From an uncultured Nitrospiraceae bacterium (GTDB lineage: Bacteria > Nitrospirota > Nitrospiria > Nitrospirales > Nitrospiraceae): DNA of 64,000 bases. The position numbers and the translations under genes are program-made. The first letter of the stretch is position 1, and the number at the start of each line of letters is the position of its first letter. Below the pieces are notes generated by a model. It made no database searches. It was given only the letters and a program-made list of their open reading frames with translations, and was not told the origin of the DNA. Positions 39,731 to 51,391 of this stretch are shown here, piece after piece. Location of the stretch: positions 160,001-224,000 of the forward strand of contig CAVSTP010000003.1 in NCBI GenBank assembly GCA_963730935.1, read 5' to 3'.

Positions 39731-41010
39731 AGATTGTCGCTTCCACTGACCGGGCCTTCGCTCCCACCCTGAAGAAGGTGGCCGCGCGTGCACGGGCCCA
39801 GGGCAGTACAGTCGAGAAGCCGGTCAAAACCATCCTCCAGGCCGTGGAGCGTGGCGGCGACAAAGCGGTCCTTCGCTTCACCAAACAATTCGACAAGGTC
39901 GCCCTAGCTCCTCATCAGATGAAGGTCACTCCTGAAGAAATCAAGGAGGCGTACTACCATATTCGTAAGGAGGAGGGTGATGCGCTGCGTTTTGCGGCTC
40001 AGCGGATCGAGGCCTTTCACGAACGCCAGCGGACGAAGACCTGGATGTATCAGGATGGCGCGGCGACGCTAGGCCAGGTGGTTACGCCGATCGATGCTGT
40101 GGGCGTGTATGTACCGGGCGGCAAGGCCGTCTATCCGTCGACCGTGTTGATGAGCGCGATTCCGGCCAAGGTTGCGGGCGTGCAGCGCATCGCGATGTGT
40201 ACGCCACCTCAGAAAGGTGGGGTCAATCCCTATCTGCTGGTTGCAGCGGACATTGCCGGTGTCACGGAAATTTATCGCGTGGGAGGCGTGCAGGCCATCG
40301 GTGCGCTGGCCTTCGGCACCAAGACCATCGCCAGAGTGGACAAGATCGTAGGGCCGGGCAACCTCTACGTCGCTACGGCCAAGCGGATGCTGTACGGGAC
40401 CGTCGGCATTGACATGGTTGCTGGTCCCAGCGAGTTGCTCGTCGTGGCCGATGAAGGGGCGAAGCCCGCACATGTGGCAGCGGACCTACTGTGCGAGGCC
40501 GAACACGACGAAGAGGCGCAGGTCTGGTTGGTGACGACCTCCGCATCGCTTGCCAAGGAGGTCGTCGATCTCGTTGAGCGTCAATTGAAGGGGCTGCAAC
40601 GGGAAAAGATCGCGACGAAATCGATCGACAGATATTCCGTCGCATTCGTTGTGACAACGATGGATGAAGCGATCAATGTGGCCAACGAGATTGCAGCTGA
40701 GCACCTGACGCTTTCAGTGGACGAGCCGTTCGATTATCTCGAGCGCATACGGCACGCTGGGGCGTTCTTCCTGGGCCGATATACTCCGCCCTCCGTGGCG
40801 GACTACATCGCCGGACCCAATCACGTGCTTCCGACCGGTGCGACGGCACGGTTTTTCTCGGCGCTGTCCATTCATGACTACACGAAGATCAGCAACATCG
40901 TGCACTACACGAAGGAAGAACTCAGTAAAGTAAAGGACCATCTTATTCGGCTTGCGCAGATCGAAGGGTTCGACGCGCATGCCAAAGCCGCTCAAAGCAG
41001 GTTCTCATGA
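39727..41010 (+). CDS. hisD: Histidinol dehydrogenase
   Basis: 'YVPGG', 'GPGNLYV', 'IDMVAGPSE', 'GPNHVLPT'; ATG 39727 overlaps the hisG stop. Confidence 0.96.
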   Translation: MKIVASTDRAFAPTLKKVAARARAQGSTVEKPVKTILQAVERGGDKAVLRFTKQFDKVALAPHQMKVTPEEIKEAYYHIRKEEGDALRFAAQRIEAFHERQRTKTWMYQDGAATLGQVVTPIDAVGVYVPGGKAVYPSTVLMSAIPAKVAGVQRIAMCTPPQKGGVNPYLLVAADIAGVTEIYRVGGVQAIGALAFGTKTIARVDKIVGPGNLYVATAKRMLYGTVGIDMVAGPSELLVVADEGAKPAHVAADLLCEAEHDEEAQVWLVTTSASLAKEVVDLVERQLKGLQREKIATKSIDRYSVAFVVTTMDEAINVANEIAAEHLTLSVDEPFDYLERIRHAGAFFLGRYTPPSVADYIAGPNHVLPTGATARFFSALSIHDYTKISNIVHYTKEELSKVKDHLIRLAQIEGFDAHAKAAQSRFS

Positions 41011-41615
41011 AAAAAAACGGATCGGCGCCCAGACAGGCGTCGCTGCATCGCGCGACGAAAGAAACCGACATTCGCGTCGAATGGACAATTGACGGGAGCG
41101 GACAGGGAAAGATCGATACGGGCATCCGGTTTCTCGATCACATGCTCGAGTTGCTGGCGAAACATGGGTTCTTCGATCTCACCGTTCACGCCAAGGGCGA
41201 TCTCGACATCGACGAACACCACACGGTCGAAGATGTGGGGATCGTCATGGGGAAGGCGCTTCATCAGGCTTTGGGGGAGAAGGCGGGGATCAAGCGCTTC
41301 GGATTCTCTTCTGCACCGCTGGATGAAACGCTGGCGCAGGTTACGATCGACCTCAGCGGCAGACCCTTCTTGGTCTACAACGTCAATCTGCCGGATCGGA
41401 AGATCAAGGCGTTCGATCTCGGCCTGTTCGAAGACTTCTTCCAGGCGTTCGTGACTCACGGCGGGCTGAACCTGCACGTGAATCTCCTCTATGGCCGCAA
41501 CCCGCATCACATCATGGAAGCAATCTTCAAAGCCACGGCCAAGGCCCTGGATCAGGCAACGATGCTGGAGGAACGATTGGCAGGAAAAGTGCTTTCGACC
41601 AAGGGGACGTTGTAA
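41007..41615 (+). CDS. hisB: Imidazoleglycerol-phosphate dehydratase
   Basis: 'FLDHML', 'HHTVED', 'NPHHIME', 'STKG'. Confidence 0.97.
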   Translation: MKKNGSAPRQASLHRATKETDIRVEWTIDGSGQGKIDTGIRFLDHMLELLAKHGFFDLTVHAKGDLDIDEHHTVEDVGIVMGKALHQALGEKAGIKRFGFSSAPLDETLAQVTIDLSGRPFLVYNVNLPDRKIKAFDLGLFEDFFQAFVTHGGLNLHVNLLYGRNPHHIMEAIFKATAKALDQATMLEERLAGKVLSTKGTL

Positions 41616-41760
41616 CCGTCCTCGCACCCCGACGGGTGTAGGGACCCCGCTGTGGACGCTTGGGAGGAATAACCGCGTCTCTGCGCGCTTGGGGTGGGCG
41701 GGTGAGAATGCTCCTGATCGGTGACACCCGCGAGTTGCCGGGGATGGTGCTAGGGATATG

Positions 41761-41799
41761 GAGGCAGGTTTCTAAATAAGAAACCTGCCTCTTTGTTTT
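41761..41799 (+). terminator. Intrinsic terminator-like hairpin inside the his cluster
   Basis: gaggcaggtttct-aaata-agaaacctgcctc-tttgtttt. Confidence 0.75.
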
Positions 41800-41883
41800 C
41801 GGTGGCAATGAGGCGAACAAGATTAGGTAGTAGCAGGCTGAATCGGGTTGCGGTATTGTTACAGCCGTTTCCAGGAACAGGTC

Positions 41884-42495
41884 ATGATCGCGATTGTCGA
41901 CTACGGAATGGGAAACCTGCGCAGCGTCTCGAAGGCGTTTGAGTCGGCCGGGCATCAGGCGGTTGTCACTCGAGACCCAGTCATGATCAGGAATGCTGGT
42001 CATGTCGTGTTGCCGGGGGTTGGAGCCTTTGGTGATTGTATGGCGAACTTGGAGCGATTTGACCTGGTCGAATCGATTCGATCCACGATTCACTCGGGGA
42101 AGCCGTTCTTGGGTATCTGTCTGGGTTTGCAACTCCTCTTCACTGAAAGCGAGGAGTTCGGCGTTCACAAGGGATTGAACATCATCCCCGGAAAAGTCAG
42201 GAGGTTCGTTCTCGACCCCTCGTTGAAGATTCCTCACATGGGCTGGAACCAAGTCCACGTCCGGCGGGACTGTCCGCTCTTCGGTGATATCCCGAACGGC
42301 TCCGATTGGTACTTTGTCCATTCCTATTTCGTCGACCCGGCCGACCCTGTCGTGGCAGTCACTACCACGACGTATGGGGTTCCTTTTGTATCCACCATCT
42401 GGAAGGACAATATCGTCGCCTGCCAGTTCCACCCGGAAAAGAGCCAATCCGTGGGCTTACGGTTGATCAAAAACTTCGGAGCGTGGCGTGGATAA
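41884..42495 (+). CDS. hisH: Imidazole glycerol phosphate synthase glutaminase subunit
   Basis: 'DYGMGNL', 'GICLG', 'QFHPEKS'. Confidence 0.97.
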   Translation: MIAIVDYGMGNLRSVSKAFESAGHQAVVTRDPVMIRNAGHVVLPGVGAFGDCMANLERFDLVESIRSTIHSGKPFLGICLGLQLLFTESEEFGVHKGLNIIPGKVRRFVLDPSLKIPHMGWNQVHVRRDCPLFGDIPNGSDWYFVHSYFVDPADPVVAVTTTTYGVPFVSTIWKDNIVACQFHPEKSQSVGLRLIKNFGAWRG

Positions 42496-43243
42496 CCGTG
42501 CGTGGGGTCAGGGCCGATTCTGTACGCTGGCGATTGCGTCACTGTTGATGGCCGGGATCGCATGCAGCGGCCCCAAGGTGACGACGCAGACCTCCAAGGA
42601 ATTGCCTCGCTATCAGATCCGCACCATCGCCTTGATGCCGTTTACGAGCTTGGGGACACCGCAAGTGCGGGATCCGGCTGATATGTATATGTCCGCACCG
42701 CAAAGCGTGAAGGGCTCGGATATCTCGTTAGGTGTGCCTACCGGCGTCGAGAGCCAGTTGAAGCAGACCATAACGGTGCCGGCCTATGCGGCTGAGAAGC
42801 TGACGCAGCTGTTTTGGACGAGGCTGAAAAACCGGCCAGGAGTCCTAGTGCTTCCTCCCGCCCAAGCCGCTGCCGCCAAGGTTGCCATCCAACCGGCGGA
42901 AGAGACCACGAAGGCTACGCCGGAACACCAGGCTGCGGGCCTCGCCGCCAAACTCAAGGCCGACGCAGCCTTGATGGGACAGGTTCTGGTGTATCAGGAG
43001 CGATCGGGCGGCAAACTCGGAGCAAACCCTCCCGCGACGGTCGGATTTGAAGTGAAGGCGGTAGCGGCAGACGGTCAACTGCTCTGGGTCGGCAACTACT
43101 ATGAACAGCAGAAGCCGCTGACCCAGGATTTTCTGGGATTCGTTCAGCATGGGGGCGTATTTGTGACAGCAGAAGAATTGGCCCAGTATGGTGCTGATCA
43201 GATGTTAAAAAAGTTTCCATTCGGCAGCCACGAAGGAGAGTGA
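42488..43243 (+). CDS. Lipoprotein of unknown function
   Basis: Lipobox 'GIAC'; 'IRTIALMPF'. Confidence 0.75.
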   Translation: MDNRAWGQGRFCTLAIASLLMAGIACSGPKVTTQTSKELPRYQIRTIALMPFTSLGTPQVRDPADMYMSAPQSVKGSDISLGVPTGVESQLKQTITVPAYAAEKLTQLFWTRLKNRPGVLVLPPAQAAAAKVAIQPAEETTKATPEHQAAGLAAKLKADAALMGQVLVYQERSGGKLGANPPATVGFEVKAVAADGQLLWVGNYYEQQKPLTQDFLGFVQHGGVFVTAEELAQYGADQMLKKFPFGSHEGE

Positions 43244-43246
43244 GCG

Positions 43247-43966
43247 ATGATGGTCATTCCGGCCATCGACGTCAAAGATGGACGGTGTGTCCGATTGCGT
43301 CAAGGCGATATGGCTGCGGAAACAGTGTATTCAGACGATGTTGCTTCGATGGCCCGACGGTGGGAGGAAGCTGGCGCGCGGATGATTCATCTGGTGGATC
43401 TCAACGGCGCCGTGGAGGGAGAGCCGAAGAATTTTCCCCACATTGAGGCAGTGCGGAAGGCGGTAGGAGTCGAGGTCCAAGTTGGTGGCGGGATACGAAC
43501 GCTTTCGACGGTCCGGCGGTATCTCGAGGCCGGCGTCTCTCGCATCGTGCTTGGCACCGCGGCTCTGACGGACCGGAAATTTCTCGACGAAGCCTGCCGT
43601 GAATTCCCCAGGCGCATTCTCCTCGGACTGGATGCACGGGACGGCAAAGTTGCTGTAAAGGGTTGGACGTCGGTGTCTGAGACCACCGCTATTGATCTGC
43701 TCAGGGAGCTGTCTGGCTATCCGATCGGAGCGGTAATCTACACCGACATCGATCGGGACGGGATGCTGGGCGGGCCGAATCTGTCTGCGCTCAGGGAAAT
43801 CGCGACCTATTCTCCGTTTCCCGTCATCGCCTCCGGAGGGATCTCCCACGTTGAAGATTTGAAGGCCGTGCGCACTCTGGGGCCACAGGTCGTGGGAGCA
43901 ATTGTGGGCAAGGCGCTCTACGATGGAAAGCTCGATTATCGCGCCGCCCTTGCCGCCATGCGCTAA
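43247..43966 (+). CDS. hisA: ProFAR isomerase
   Basis: '[16 protein letters not shown]', 'QVGGGIR', 'TDIDRDG'. Confidence 0.96.
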   Translation: MMVIPAIDVKDGRCVRLRQGDMAAETVYSDDVASMARRWEEAGARMIHLVDLNGAVEGEPKNFPHIEAVRKAVGVEVQVGGGIRTLSTVRRYLEAGVSRIVLGTAALTDRKFLDEACREFPRRILLGLDARDGKVAVKGWTSVSETTAIDLLRELSGYPIGAVIYTDIDRDGMLGGPNLSALREIATYSPFPVIASGGISHVEDLKAVRTLGPQVVGAIVGKALYDGKLDYRAALAAMR

Positions 43967-43986
43967 CGGTAGAGGTCAAAATCGAC

Positions 43987-44769
43987 ATGTTGACCAAACG
44001 CATCATTCCCTGTCTTGATGTCAAAGACGGCCGGGTGGTCAAGGGCGTCAGCTTCGTCAATCTTCGGGATGCGGGGGATCCTGTCGAAGTGGCGATGGTC
44101 TATGATCGTGAAGGCGCGGATGAGCTCTGTTTTCTCGACATTACGGCCTCGCACGAAAACCGGAAGACGATCATCGACGTGGTGGAACGCACTGCTGCGA
44201 GTGTCTTCATGCCGATGACCGTGGGCGGGGGCGTCCGCACGCTCGACGATATCCGCAACCTGCTCAATGCCGGGGCAGACAAGGTGAGCATCAACACGGC
44301 TGCCGTCGAGCGGCCGCAGTTTGTGAAGGAAGCTGCTGAGCGGTTTGGGACGCAGTGCATCGTCGTGGCCATCGACGCCAAGCGGGCAGCAGTACACCAC
44401 GAGTGGGAAGTCTTTACGCACGGCGGACGGAAACCGACCGGCATCAATGCGGTGGAATGGGCTCATCAGATGGAGAAGTATGGCGCGGGGGAGATTCTCT
44501 TGACGAGTATGGACGAAGATGGCCAACAGCGGGGGTATGACCTCGATCTGACAGCGGCAGTGGCGGAGCGTGTGTCCATTCCGGTGATTGCCTCAGGCGG
44601 TGTGGGAACGTTGGAACATCTTTACCACGGCTTGGTCACCGGAAAGGCGGATGCCGTACTGGCCGCCTCGATTTTTCATTTTCGACGCTATACGATTCCT
44701 CAGGCGAAGGCCTATCTTCGGGATCGAGGAGTGCCGATTCGGCATGAGCCGACTGGACAGGTAGCGTAA
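43987..44769 (+). CDS. hisF: Imidazole glycerol phosphate synthase cyclase subunit
   Basis: '[14 protein letters not shown]', 'GAGEILLTS'. Confidence 0.97.
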   Translation: MLTKRIIPCLDVKDGRVVKGVSFVNLRDAGDPVEVAMVYDREGADELCFLDITASHENRKTIIDVVERTAASVFMPMTVGGGVRTLDDIRNLLNAGADKVSINTAAVERPQFVKEAAERFGTQCIVVAIDAKRAAVHHEWEVFTHGGRKPTGINAVEWAHQMEKYGAGEILLTSMDEDGQQRGYDLDLTAAVAERVSIPVIASGGVGTLEHLYHGLVTGKADAVLAASIFHFRRYTIPQAKAYLRDRGVPIRHEPTGQVA

Positions 44770-45428
44770 TGGCCAATCGTGAGCTAAAGTTCAACGAGCA
44801 GGGACTGCTTCCCGCCGTCATCCAGGACTGGCTGGACGGGACCGTCCTCATGCTCGGGTATATGAACCAAGAGGCACTGGCCCGAACCCTGGCGACCAAG
44901 TCAGTGCATTTCTGGAGCCGATCGAGACAGAAACTCTGGGAGAAAGGCGAAACGTCAGGTCACAAACTCCTGGTGAAGGACCTCTTCATCGACTGTGATT
45001 GCGATACGATTCTCGTGAAGGCGCAGCCTACCGGGCCTATCTGCCACACTGGCGAACGCGCATGCTTTTTCTCCAAGTTGAACGAGGCCGGTCACGAACC
45101 CATCGAGAAATCTCAGGAGGCACAGGGCGGAATCCTCGACAGTGTGCTGCGGGTTATCGCTGCCCGCAAGGCGGCTCCGCAGCCTGGCTCCTACACGACC
45201 AAGCTCTTCGAAGGCGGTCATGACAAGATTTTGAAAAAGGTTGCGGAAGAGGCCGGCGAAGTCCTGATTGCGGCGAAGGGAGGCAAGAGAGCAGAGATTG
45301 TCTATGAGGTGGCGGACCTTCTGTTTCACACCTTGATGGTCTTGGGATATCACGACGTCTCTCTCCATGAGGTCTATCAGGAGCTGGGGACACGATACGG
45401 TAAATCGGGTTTGCGAAAGTCCACCTGA
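44769..45428 (+). CDS. hisIE: Bifunctional PR-AMP cyclohydrolase / PR-ATP diphosphatase
   Basis: 'WEKGETSG', 'DCDCD', 'CHTG..ACF', 'KKVAEEAGE'. Confidence 0.96.
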   Translation: MANRELKFNEQGLLPAVIQDWLDGTVLMLGYMNQEALARTLATKSVHFWSRSRQKLWEKGETSGHKLLVKDLFIDCDCDTILVKAQPTGPICHTGERACFFSKLNEAGHEPIEKSQEAQGGILDSVLRVIAARKAAPQPGSYTTKLFEGGHDKILKKVAEEAGEVLIAAKGGKRAEIVYEVADLLFHTLMVLGYHDVSLHEVYQELGTRYGKSGLRKST

Positions 45429-45437
45429 GGACAAGCC

Positions 45438-45782
45438 ATGACCGATTGTTTATTTTGTAAAATTGTTCAGAAGGTGATTCCGGCCAAGATCGTGCACGAG
45501 GACGATCGCACGTTGGCCTTCGACGATATCAACCCGCAGGCGCCGGTCCATACGCTCATCATTCCCAAAAAGCATGTAGCAGCGGTGCAGGACTGCCGCG
45601 ATCAGGACTCCGACCTCCTGGCTCTGCTCTTGATGACCTGTACCAACGTGGCGAAACAAAAGGGGTTGGCAGAATCCGGCTATCGAATCGTCACGAACAC
45701 CGGCCGCGATGCCGGCCAAACGGTATTCCATCTCCATCTCCACGTCTTGGGCGGTCGGCACATGCGCTGGCCGCCCGGGTAA
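45438..45782 (+). CDS. hinT: Histidine triad nucleotide-binding protein
   Basis: 'DCLFCKI', 'GQTVFHLHLHVLGG'. Confidence 0.93.
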   Translation: MTDCLFCKIVQKVIPAKIVHEDDRTLAFDDINPQAPVHTLIIPKKHVAAVQDCRDQDSDLLALLLMTCTNVAKQKGLAESGYRIVTNTGRDAGQTVFHLHLHVLGGRHMRWPPG

Positions 45783-45819
45783 TAGGACATTGCATCTCCC
45801 TGTGCTCGCACGCCTTGCA

Positions 45820-45849
45820 TTGACAGATTTCCTTTGTGTCTGTTAATCT
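45820..45849 (+). promoter_or_regulatory. sigma70 promoter for dnaG-rpoD
   Basis: TTGACA-18-TAATCT with a TG extension. Confidence 0.55.
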
Positions 45850-45923
45850 GACCGGTCAATTTTATCGATCACTTACGAATACCGATCCACCGGTTTCGGT
45901 GGGGATGAGGAGCTGCGTCTCCC

Positions 45924-47735
45924 ATGGGCCGAGGCCTGATTTCCGAAGATGTTATCAATCAGATCAGAGACCGGATCGATATCGTAGACCTCGTTGGGCA
46001 GCATGTCAGTTTGACCCGCGCCGGACAGAATCTGAAGGGGCTGTGCCCCTTTCACCAGGAAAAGAGTCCGTCGTTCACGGTGAGCCCGAGCCGGCAGATC
46101 TTCCATTGTTTCGGCTGCGGTGCCGGAGGGAATGTGTTCACGTTTCTCACTCGGATCACCGGAGCAAGCTTCCCTGAAACGGTCCGCGATCTCGGCCGGA
46201 AGGTAGGGATCGAAGTGCAGGAGCCGACAGCCGAATCCGGGTCTCAGGCCCAACAAGCCAATCGGGCCGAGCACGTGAATCAGACGGCGGCGCGATGGTT
46301 TCACGAGAATCTTCGCGACGATCGGGTGGGCGCGGAGGCGCGCACCTATCTGGCCGGACGTGGAATCCAGCAAGTCACGATCGACCGGTTTGGTATCGGG
46401 ACTGCACCGGTGGAATGGGACGCCTTGCTCAAGGCCCTGGCGAAGCAGGGCCTCACGTCTCAGGACCTGGCTTCGGCCGGGCTGGTCATCGCACGCGACA
46501 GCGGTACAGGATATTACGATCGTTTTCGCAGCAGGGTCATGTTTACGATCACCGACCTGCGCAAGCGCGTGGTCGGCTTCGGCGGTCGCGTGCTGGGAGA
46601 TGGGACACCAAAGTACTTGAACTCTCCCGATACGCCGTTATTTAAAAAGGGACAGACGCTTTTTGCCCTGGATGTAGCCCGGGAGGCCATTGCCCGTACG
46701 AAGACGGTCATCGTCGTGGAAGGCTATTTCGATGCGATCGCGTTGCATCAGGCCGGCCTCACCCATACGGTAGCGACGCTCGGTACCGCCCTCACGCCTG
46801 AGCACGTGCAGGTGTTGCGGCGCTTCGCTTCAAAGGTGGTGCTGCTGTTCGACCCGGACGCTGCAGGCGTCAGGGCTGCGCTCCGTGGGTTGGATCTGTT
46901 CGTGAACAGCGGACTCGGGGTCAAGGTCGTAACATTGCCTGCAGGAGACGATCCTGACACCTACGTGCGCAAGGAGGGGCCTGAAGCGTTTGTCCGCCTC
47001 GAGCAACAGGCGCCCAGCTTGTTGGATTTCGCGCTTGAGCATAGTTTGAAAACCGCTGAAGGCAGCACGATCGAGGGACGAATCCGCAGCGTCGACGAAA
47101 TCCTGAAAATCCTGCAGAAGAGCGAACACCCCATCGAGCGGGAAGAGCGGATCCGTCTCGTTGCCGAACGCTTCGGCATCAATCAGCAGCGGCTCATCGA
47201 TCGGTATCCGGCGTTGAAGGACAAATCCCGACCCGCTTCCGGGGCACTGAGAGCTGTCCCACCGCCGGTGCCGCCCTCGAAAGGTGCCCCGGAAGAGCGT
47301 GATCTGGTTTATCTCCTGCTGCACGGACAGTTGTCTCCTTCGGAGGTGCGGAGGCTGCGCCCAGATGCCTTCTCGGTTCCGGCCTGCCGGAGGATCGTCG
47401 AACGGGCACTGGCCAATCTCGAACAGGACGGACGAGTGGGGCTTCGCAGAGTGCTCGATAGCGTCGTCGACGATCCGGAGTGCGGCTCGCTGGCGACGGA
47501 GTTGTCCATGCGGGAAGAGCATTTTGACGATCCTCGCGCACACATTCTGGGGTGTCTCAGTACAATCGATCGCAAGCGCGCGGAAGCCGTCTTGCGCGAC
47601 CTCATCGGTCAACTCAAGGCGGCCGAGCGGGAAGGACGGGTCGAAGACGCCCGGGCCTTGAATGAGCAGGTCAACGAATTGCGGTCGCAGAAGGCCGGAC
47701 GGCCGGCAGGAACGCTTTCTTTGGTGAAGGAGTAG
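45924..47735 (+). CDS. dnaG: DNA primase
   Basis: 'CPFH.EKSPSF', 'CFGC', 'PKYLNSP', 'VEGYFD', 'DPD.AG'. Confidence 0.97.
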   Translation: MGRGLISEDVINQIRDRIDIVDLVGQHVSLTRAGQNLKGLCPFHQEKSPSFTVSPSRQIFHCFGCGAGGNVFTFLTRITGASFPETVRDLGRKVGIEVQEPTAESGSQAQQANRAEHVNQTAARWFHENLRDDRVGAEARTYLAGRGIQQVTIDRFGIGTAPVEWDALLKALAKQGLTSQDLASAGLVIARDSGTGYYDRFRSRVMFTITDLRKRVVGFGGRVLGDGTPKYLNSPDTPLFKKGQTLFALDVAREAIARTKTVIVVEGYFDAIALHQAGLTHTVATLGTALTPEHVQVLRRFASKVVLLFDPDAAGVRAALRGLDLFVNSGLGVKVVTLPAGDDPDTYVRKEGPEAFVRLEQQAPSLLDFALEHSLKTAEGSTIEGRIRSVDEILKILQKSEHPIEREERIRLVAERFGINQQRLIDRYPALKDKSRPASGALRAVPPPVPPSKGAPEERDLVYLLLHGQLSPSEVRRLRPDAFSVPACRRIVERALANLEQDGRVGLRRVLDSVVDDPECGSLATELSMREEHFDDPRAHILGCLSTIDRKRAEAVLRDLIGQLKAAEREGRVEDARALNEQVNELRSQKAGRPAGTLSLVKE

Positions 47736-47737
47736 GT

Positions 47738-49552
47738 ATGGCGAAACAAGAATTGCTCGTGGAAGTGAAGAAACTCATCTCGATCGGTAAAGAGAAGGGT
47801 TTTCTCACCTACGACGAGCTGAACAGCACGTTGCCGGCGGAGGTGGTCTCGTCAGAGCAATTCGGCAGCATCATGACGATGTTCGGTGAAATGGATATTG
47901 AGATCGTCGATGCGCCTGAGGGCGGACGTCAGCAGAAAAGCCGCAGCGCTGCCGAGCCGGAGGAGGCCAGCGAGGATTCAGACGAGGGCGATGCAGGAGA
48001 GGACAGTGAAAAGGAGATCGACCTGACGCCTGGGGCCTTGAGCCGGACCGATGATCCGGTGAGGCTCTATCTGAAGGAAATGGGCAGCGTCGCGCTGCTG
48101 AGCCGGGAAGGCGAGATCGAAATCGCCAAGCGAATCGAAGAAGGAAAGCGGGACATTGCGTTCGTCATTTACGGCATGCCAATGACGATTGAATTCATCC
48201 TCTCGCTGCGTGATCAACTCAAGAACGGCAAGATCGACGTCCGTGAAATTGTGCCGATTCAGGAAACGGAAGAGGACTTTGAGGAAGAGGAAGTCGAGCG
48301 CGATTATGAGGAGTTGCGGCTCAAAACCCTGGAAGGCCTGAACACCGTCCGCAAGGTGTCGACGTCGCTCAAGGGCCTCTATGACAAAGCGCGCCAGGCC
48401 ACCAAGGATCCCGCCAAGCTGAAAAAGGTCAAGAAGCAGATCGATGCGATCCGAGAGCAGGTCGTGGACAAGATGGAAGCCGTCAACCTGCATGGCGTGC
48501 TCAAGGACCGGATGGTCCAGCGCGTCAGGGAGATGGCGATTCAGATCCGCACCGCCGAGCGAGAGATCGTCAGCTGTCAGCGGCGTCTCGGGATCGGCGG
48601 AGAAGCGGGCGCCGAATTGCTGCGGAAGCTCTGTCGCGAGCGAAAGGATTTCCAGGCGGTCAAGCGGAAGACGGGCGTATCCGAAGACACGCTGCTGGAC
48701 GTCAAGAAACTATATCAGGCCGCGAAGAGCCGCATCCGTCAATTGGAGACTGAAGAGGCACTCGTCCCAGGGGAAGAAATCAAGGATGCGGTCAAACACC
48801 TGGATGTGGCCGAAGAAAAGGTCAAGCGCGGGAAGGCCGAGCTCGTGGAGGCCAATCTCCGGCTCGTCGTGAGCATCGCCAAAAAGTATACGAACCGCGG
48901 CCTGCAGTTCCTGGACCTGATCCAGGAAGGCAATATCGGATTGATGAAGGCGGTCGACAAGTTTGAATACAAGCGCGGGTACAAGTTCAGCACGTATGCC
49001 ACGTGGTGGATCCGTCAAGCCATCACACGCGCCATCGCAGACCAGGCCAGAACCATCCGCATTCCCGTGCACATGATCGAGACAATCAACAAGTTGATCA
49101 GGACGTCCCGCCACTTGGTGCAGAAGCTCGGTCGCGAACCGACTCCAGAGGAGATCGCGGAGCGTATGGATTTGCCGCTGGACAAAGTGCGCAAGATTCT
49201 GAAAATCGCTCGGGAGCCGATCTCATTGGAAACGCCGATTGGTGAAGAGGAAGACAGCCACCTGGGAGACTTCATTGAAGACAAGAAAGCCATTTCTCCC
49301 TTGGAAGCGGCGATCCGGTACGATTTGCAGCGGCAAATTAACAGCGCCCTCGAGACGCTGACGCCAAGAGAAGAAAAGGTGCTGCGCAAACGATTCGGCA
49401 TCGGTGAAGCGACCGACCATACGCTGGAAGAGGTCGGCCAGGACTTCGAGGTCACCCGCGAACGCATCCGGCAGATCGAAGCCAAGGCTCTCCGGAAGCT
49501 GCGCCATCCGAGCCGGAGCAAAAAGCTCCGCAGTTTTGTCGAGAGCTTGTAA
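47738..49552 (+). CDS. rpoD: RNA polymerase sigma factor RpoD
   Basis: 'DPVRLYL', '[13 protein letters not shown]', '[11 protein letters not shown]', 'TRERIRQIE'. Confidence 0.98.
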   Translation: MAKQELLVEVKKLISIGKEKGFLTYDELNSTLPAEVVSSEQFGSIMTMFGEMDIEIVDAPEGGRQQKSRSAAEPEEASEDSDEGDAGEDSEKEIDLTPGALSRTDDPVRLYLKEMGSVALLSREGEIEIAKRIEEGKRDIAFVIYGMPMTIEFILSLRDQLKNGKIDVREIVPIQETEEDFEEEEVERDYEELRLKTLEGLNTVRKVSTSLKGLYDKARQATKDPAKLKKVKKQIDAIREQVVDKMEAVNLHGVLKDRMVQRVREMAIQIRTAEREIVSCQRRLGIGGEAGAELLRKLCRERKDFQAVKRKTGVSEDTLLDVKKLYQAAKSRIRQLETEEALVPGEEIKDAVKHLDVAEEKVKRGKAELVEANLRLVVSIAKKYTNRGLQFLDLIQEGNIGLMKAVDKFEYKRGYKFSTYATWWIRQAITRAIADQARTIRIPVHMIETINKLIRTSRHLVQKLGREPTPEEIAERMDLPLDKVRKILKIAREPISLETPIGEEEDSHLGDFIEDKKAISPLEAAIRYDLQRQINSALETLTPREEKVLRKRFGIGEATDHTLEEVGQDFEVTRERIRQIEAKALRKLRHPSRSKKLRSFVESL

Positions 49553-49568
49553 GAGTGAGTCGGATGAT

Positions 49569-49598
49569 TTGACTCTGTCTCGCGCTCAGGCCTAGAAT
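49569..49598 (+). promoter_or_regulatory. sigma70 promoter for the tRNA
   Basis: TTGACT-18-TAGAAT. Confidence 0.6.
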
Positions 49599-49652
49599 CG
49601 GATTCATCGAGGTCGATCGTAATCTGACCGGCGGCTGAGCGGTTCCGTTCGG

Positions 49653-49729
49653 GGGCCCATAGCTCAGGTGGTTAGAGCGGCTGACTCATAATCAGCTGGT
49701 CCTAGGTTCGAGTCCTAGTGGGCCCACCA
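49653..49729 (+). tRNA. tRNA with CAT anticodon, probably tRNA-Ile2 (lysidine-modified)
   Basis: GGGCCCA/TGGGCCC acceptor stem, loop CT-CAT-AA, CCA end; paired 1:72 and no three consecutive GC anticodon-stem pairs, so not fMet; follows rpoD like E. coli ileX. Confidence 0.9.
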
Positions 49730-49784
49730 TGGACCGGCAATAAGCAGGCGAGACCTTCCGCGTGATTTCGGGTATGGGAGTGCA

Positions 49785-50558
49785 TTGAACCAGAACCTGT
49801 CTCCGCTCATCGAACTGCAGAAACTGGATCTCCGTATTATGGAGATCACCGACCAGCGCCGCAAGATCCCCGAACGTCTTCATGCCGTCGAAGCGCCACT
49901 CCGTGAGGCGAAACACTCATTACACGAGATGAGCGCTGCGGTTGAAGCCTCTGTGAAGGAGCGCCGGGCTCATGAGAGGGATGTCGAGGCGCAAGACGCT
50001 CACACCGATAAAATGCGCGCCAGGTTGTCTGAGCTCAAGACCAACAAGGAGTATCAGGCCCATCTCTTCGAATTGCAGATGGCCAACAAAAAGAAGTCTG
50101 AAATCGAAGACAAGGTGTTGGCGTGCATGGAGAAAATCGAACAGCTGCAGCAGACGGCCAAAGAGGCTCAGGACAAGGTGCGAGCCGCCGAGCAGGTCTA
50201 TACCAATGAAAAACAGGTGCTCGATGAACTCGACAGCCGATTGTCCGTGGAACTGGCTGAACTGGAATCGCAGCAGCGGGATCGTTCAGGCAAGGTTGAG
50301 CCGGGACTGTTGGCCCGCTATACCAAACTGAAGGCCGCCAGAAAAGACCAGCCGCTTGCGGCGATTAAGGGGGGCATGTGTGCAGGGTGTCGCCTGCAGA
50401 TTCCTCCGCAACTGGTCGCCGAGGTCAAACGGTCGCAGGATCTCCACACCTGTCCCTACTGTCACCGCATGCTGTACTGGGACGGCGACGTGCAGGCGGA
50501 CCAGCGACCGCACGATCAATCCAAGCCGTCCGATCTCGAAGTGGGTGAATCGGTTTAA
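49785..50558 (+). CDS. Coiled-coil C4 zinc-ribbon protein (DUF164-like)
   Basis: 'LIELQKLD', long coiled coil, 'CAGC', 'CPYCHRMLY'. Confidence 0.9.
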   Translation: MNQNLSPLIELQKLDLRIMEITDQRRKIPERLHAVEAPLREAKHSLHEMSAAVEASVKERRAHERDVEAQDAHTDKMRARLSELKTNKEYQAHLFELQMANKKKSEIEDKVLACMEKIEQLQQTAKEAQDKVRAAEQVYTNEKQVLDELDSRLSVELAELESQQRDRSGKVEPGLLARYTKLKAARKDQPLAAIKGGMCAGCRLQIPPQLVAEVKRSQDLHTCPYCHRMLYWDGDVQADQRPHDQSKPSDLEVGESV

Positions 50559-50599
50559 CCCTCCCCCTTCTTCCCGGCTCTTCAACACTCTCCAAAGCT

Positions 50600-51253
50600 C
50601 TAGTCAGCTGAAGTCCCGAGGACGGCTTTCGTCGTTTTGAAATGAAGCTTCGCCACCGTGGCCAAGCATGGCTCACCGTGCTTTTTCACAACCATCCTGC
50701 CTGCCAGCTCCACGGCAGGCGAGGCTCCTTTCGGAAGGGTGGTGCCCACATCCTCTGAGAGGCGTTTCAGCCGCAGGAGAAATTCGGCCCGGGCAAGGAT
50801 GGATGCGGCGGCGACGGCGAGGTCGGATTCCGCTTTGGTGCGCTGCTCGAGCACGATTCTCCGTCCTTTTTCCTGAAGGGCATTGAGGATCAGTCGTTCA
50901 TCCCCAAACTGATCGGAGATGGCACGTTCACACGATACGCGCTCAAGCAGGGTTTCAAGTGCCTTGGCGTGCCCCCAGGCGAGCAGCCGGTTCAAGTTTT
51001 TGATCTTCGCATAGAGCTCGTTGTATTTCTGGGGCCCGATGACGATCACGCTGTGCGGACAGATCGTCTTGATATCTGGGGCAAGTTCGAGGATACGGCC
51101 GTCTGAAATTTTCTTGCTGTCCCTGACCGCCATGAGCGCCAGCTCGTCTTGTGTCGTTGCGTCCACGAACACGGCGGCCACGACGAGCGGACCAAAGTAA
51201 TCGCCCTTGCCCGACTCGTCGATTCCGATGCGTTCAATGGAGTCTGGAGGCAT
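50600..51253 (-). CDS. rnhC: Ribonuclease HIII (catalytic domain only)
   Basis: 'IGIDESGKGDYFGPLVV', 'DSKK', 'DQF', 'AVAAASILAR', 'AKLHFKT'. Confidence 0.9.
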   Translation of the reverse strand: MPPDSIERIGIDESGKGDYFGPLVVAAVFVDATTQDELALMAVRDSKKISDGRILELAPDIKTICPHSVIVIGPQKYNELYAKIKNLNRLLAWGHAKALETLLERVSCERAISDQFGDERLILNALQEKGRRIVLEQRTKAESDLAVAAASILARAEFLLRLKRLSEDVGTTLPKGASPAVELAGRMVVKKHGEPCLATVAKLHFKTTKAVLGTSAD

Positions 51254-51391
51254 CCCGTGACTGACGTGTAAGCGGTATTGAGAGCCGGGCTGTCGTCCTG
51301 GCCAGTAGAATCTGTCGTTGAGGGGCGGTAATGTACCAGAGCAGTTGAGGTGGGTCAAACAAGGTCCACACAAACGAGGTGCTGGAGGAAC

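Noticed and set aside
49653..49729. Initiator tRNA-fMet
   Set aside because: G1-C72 is paired and the anticodon stem lacks three consecutive G-C pairs
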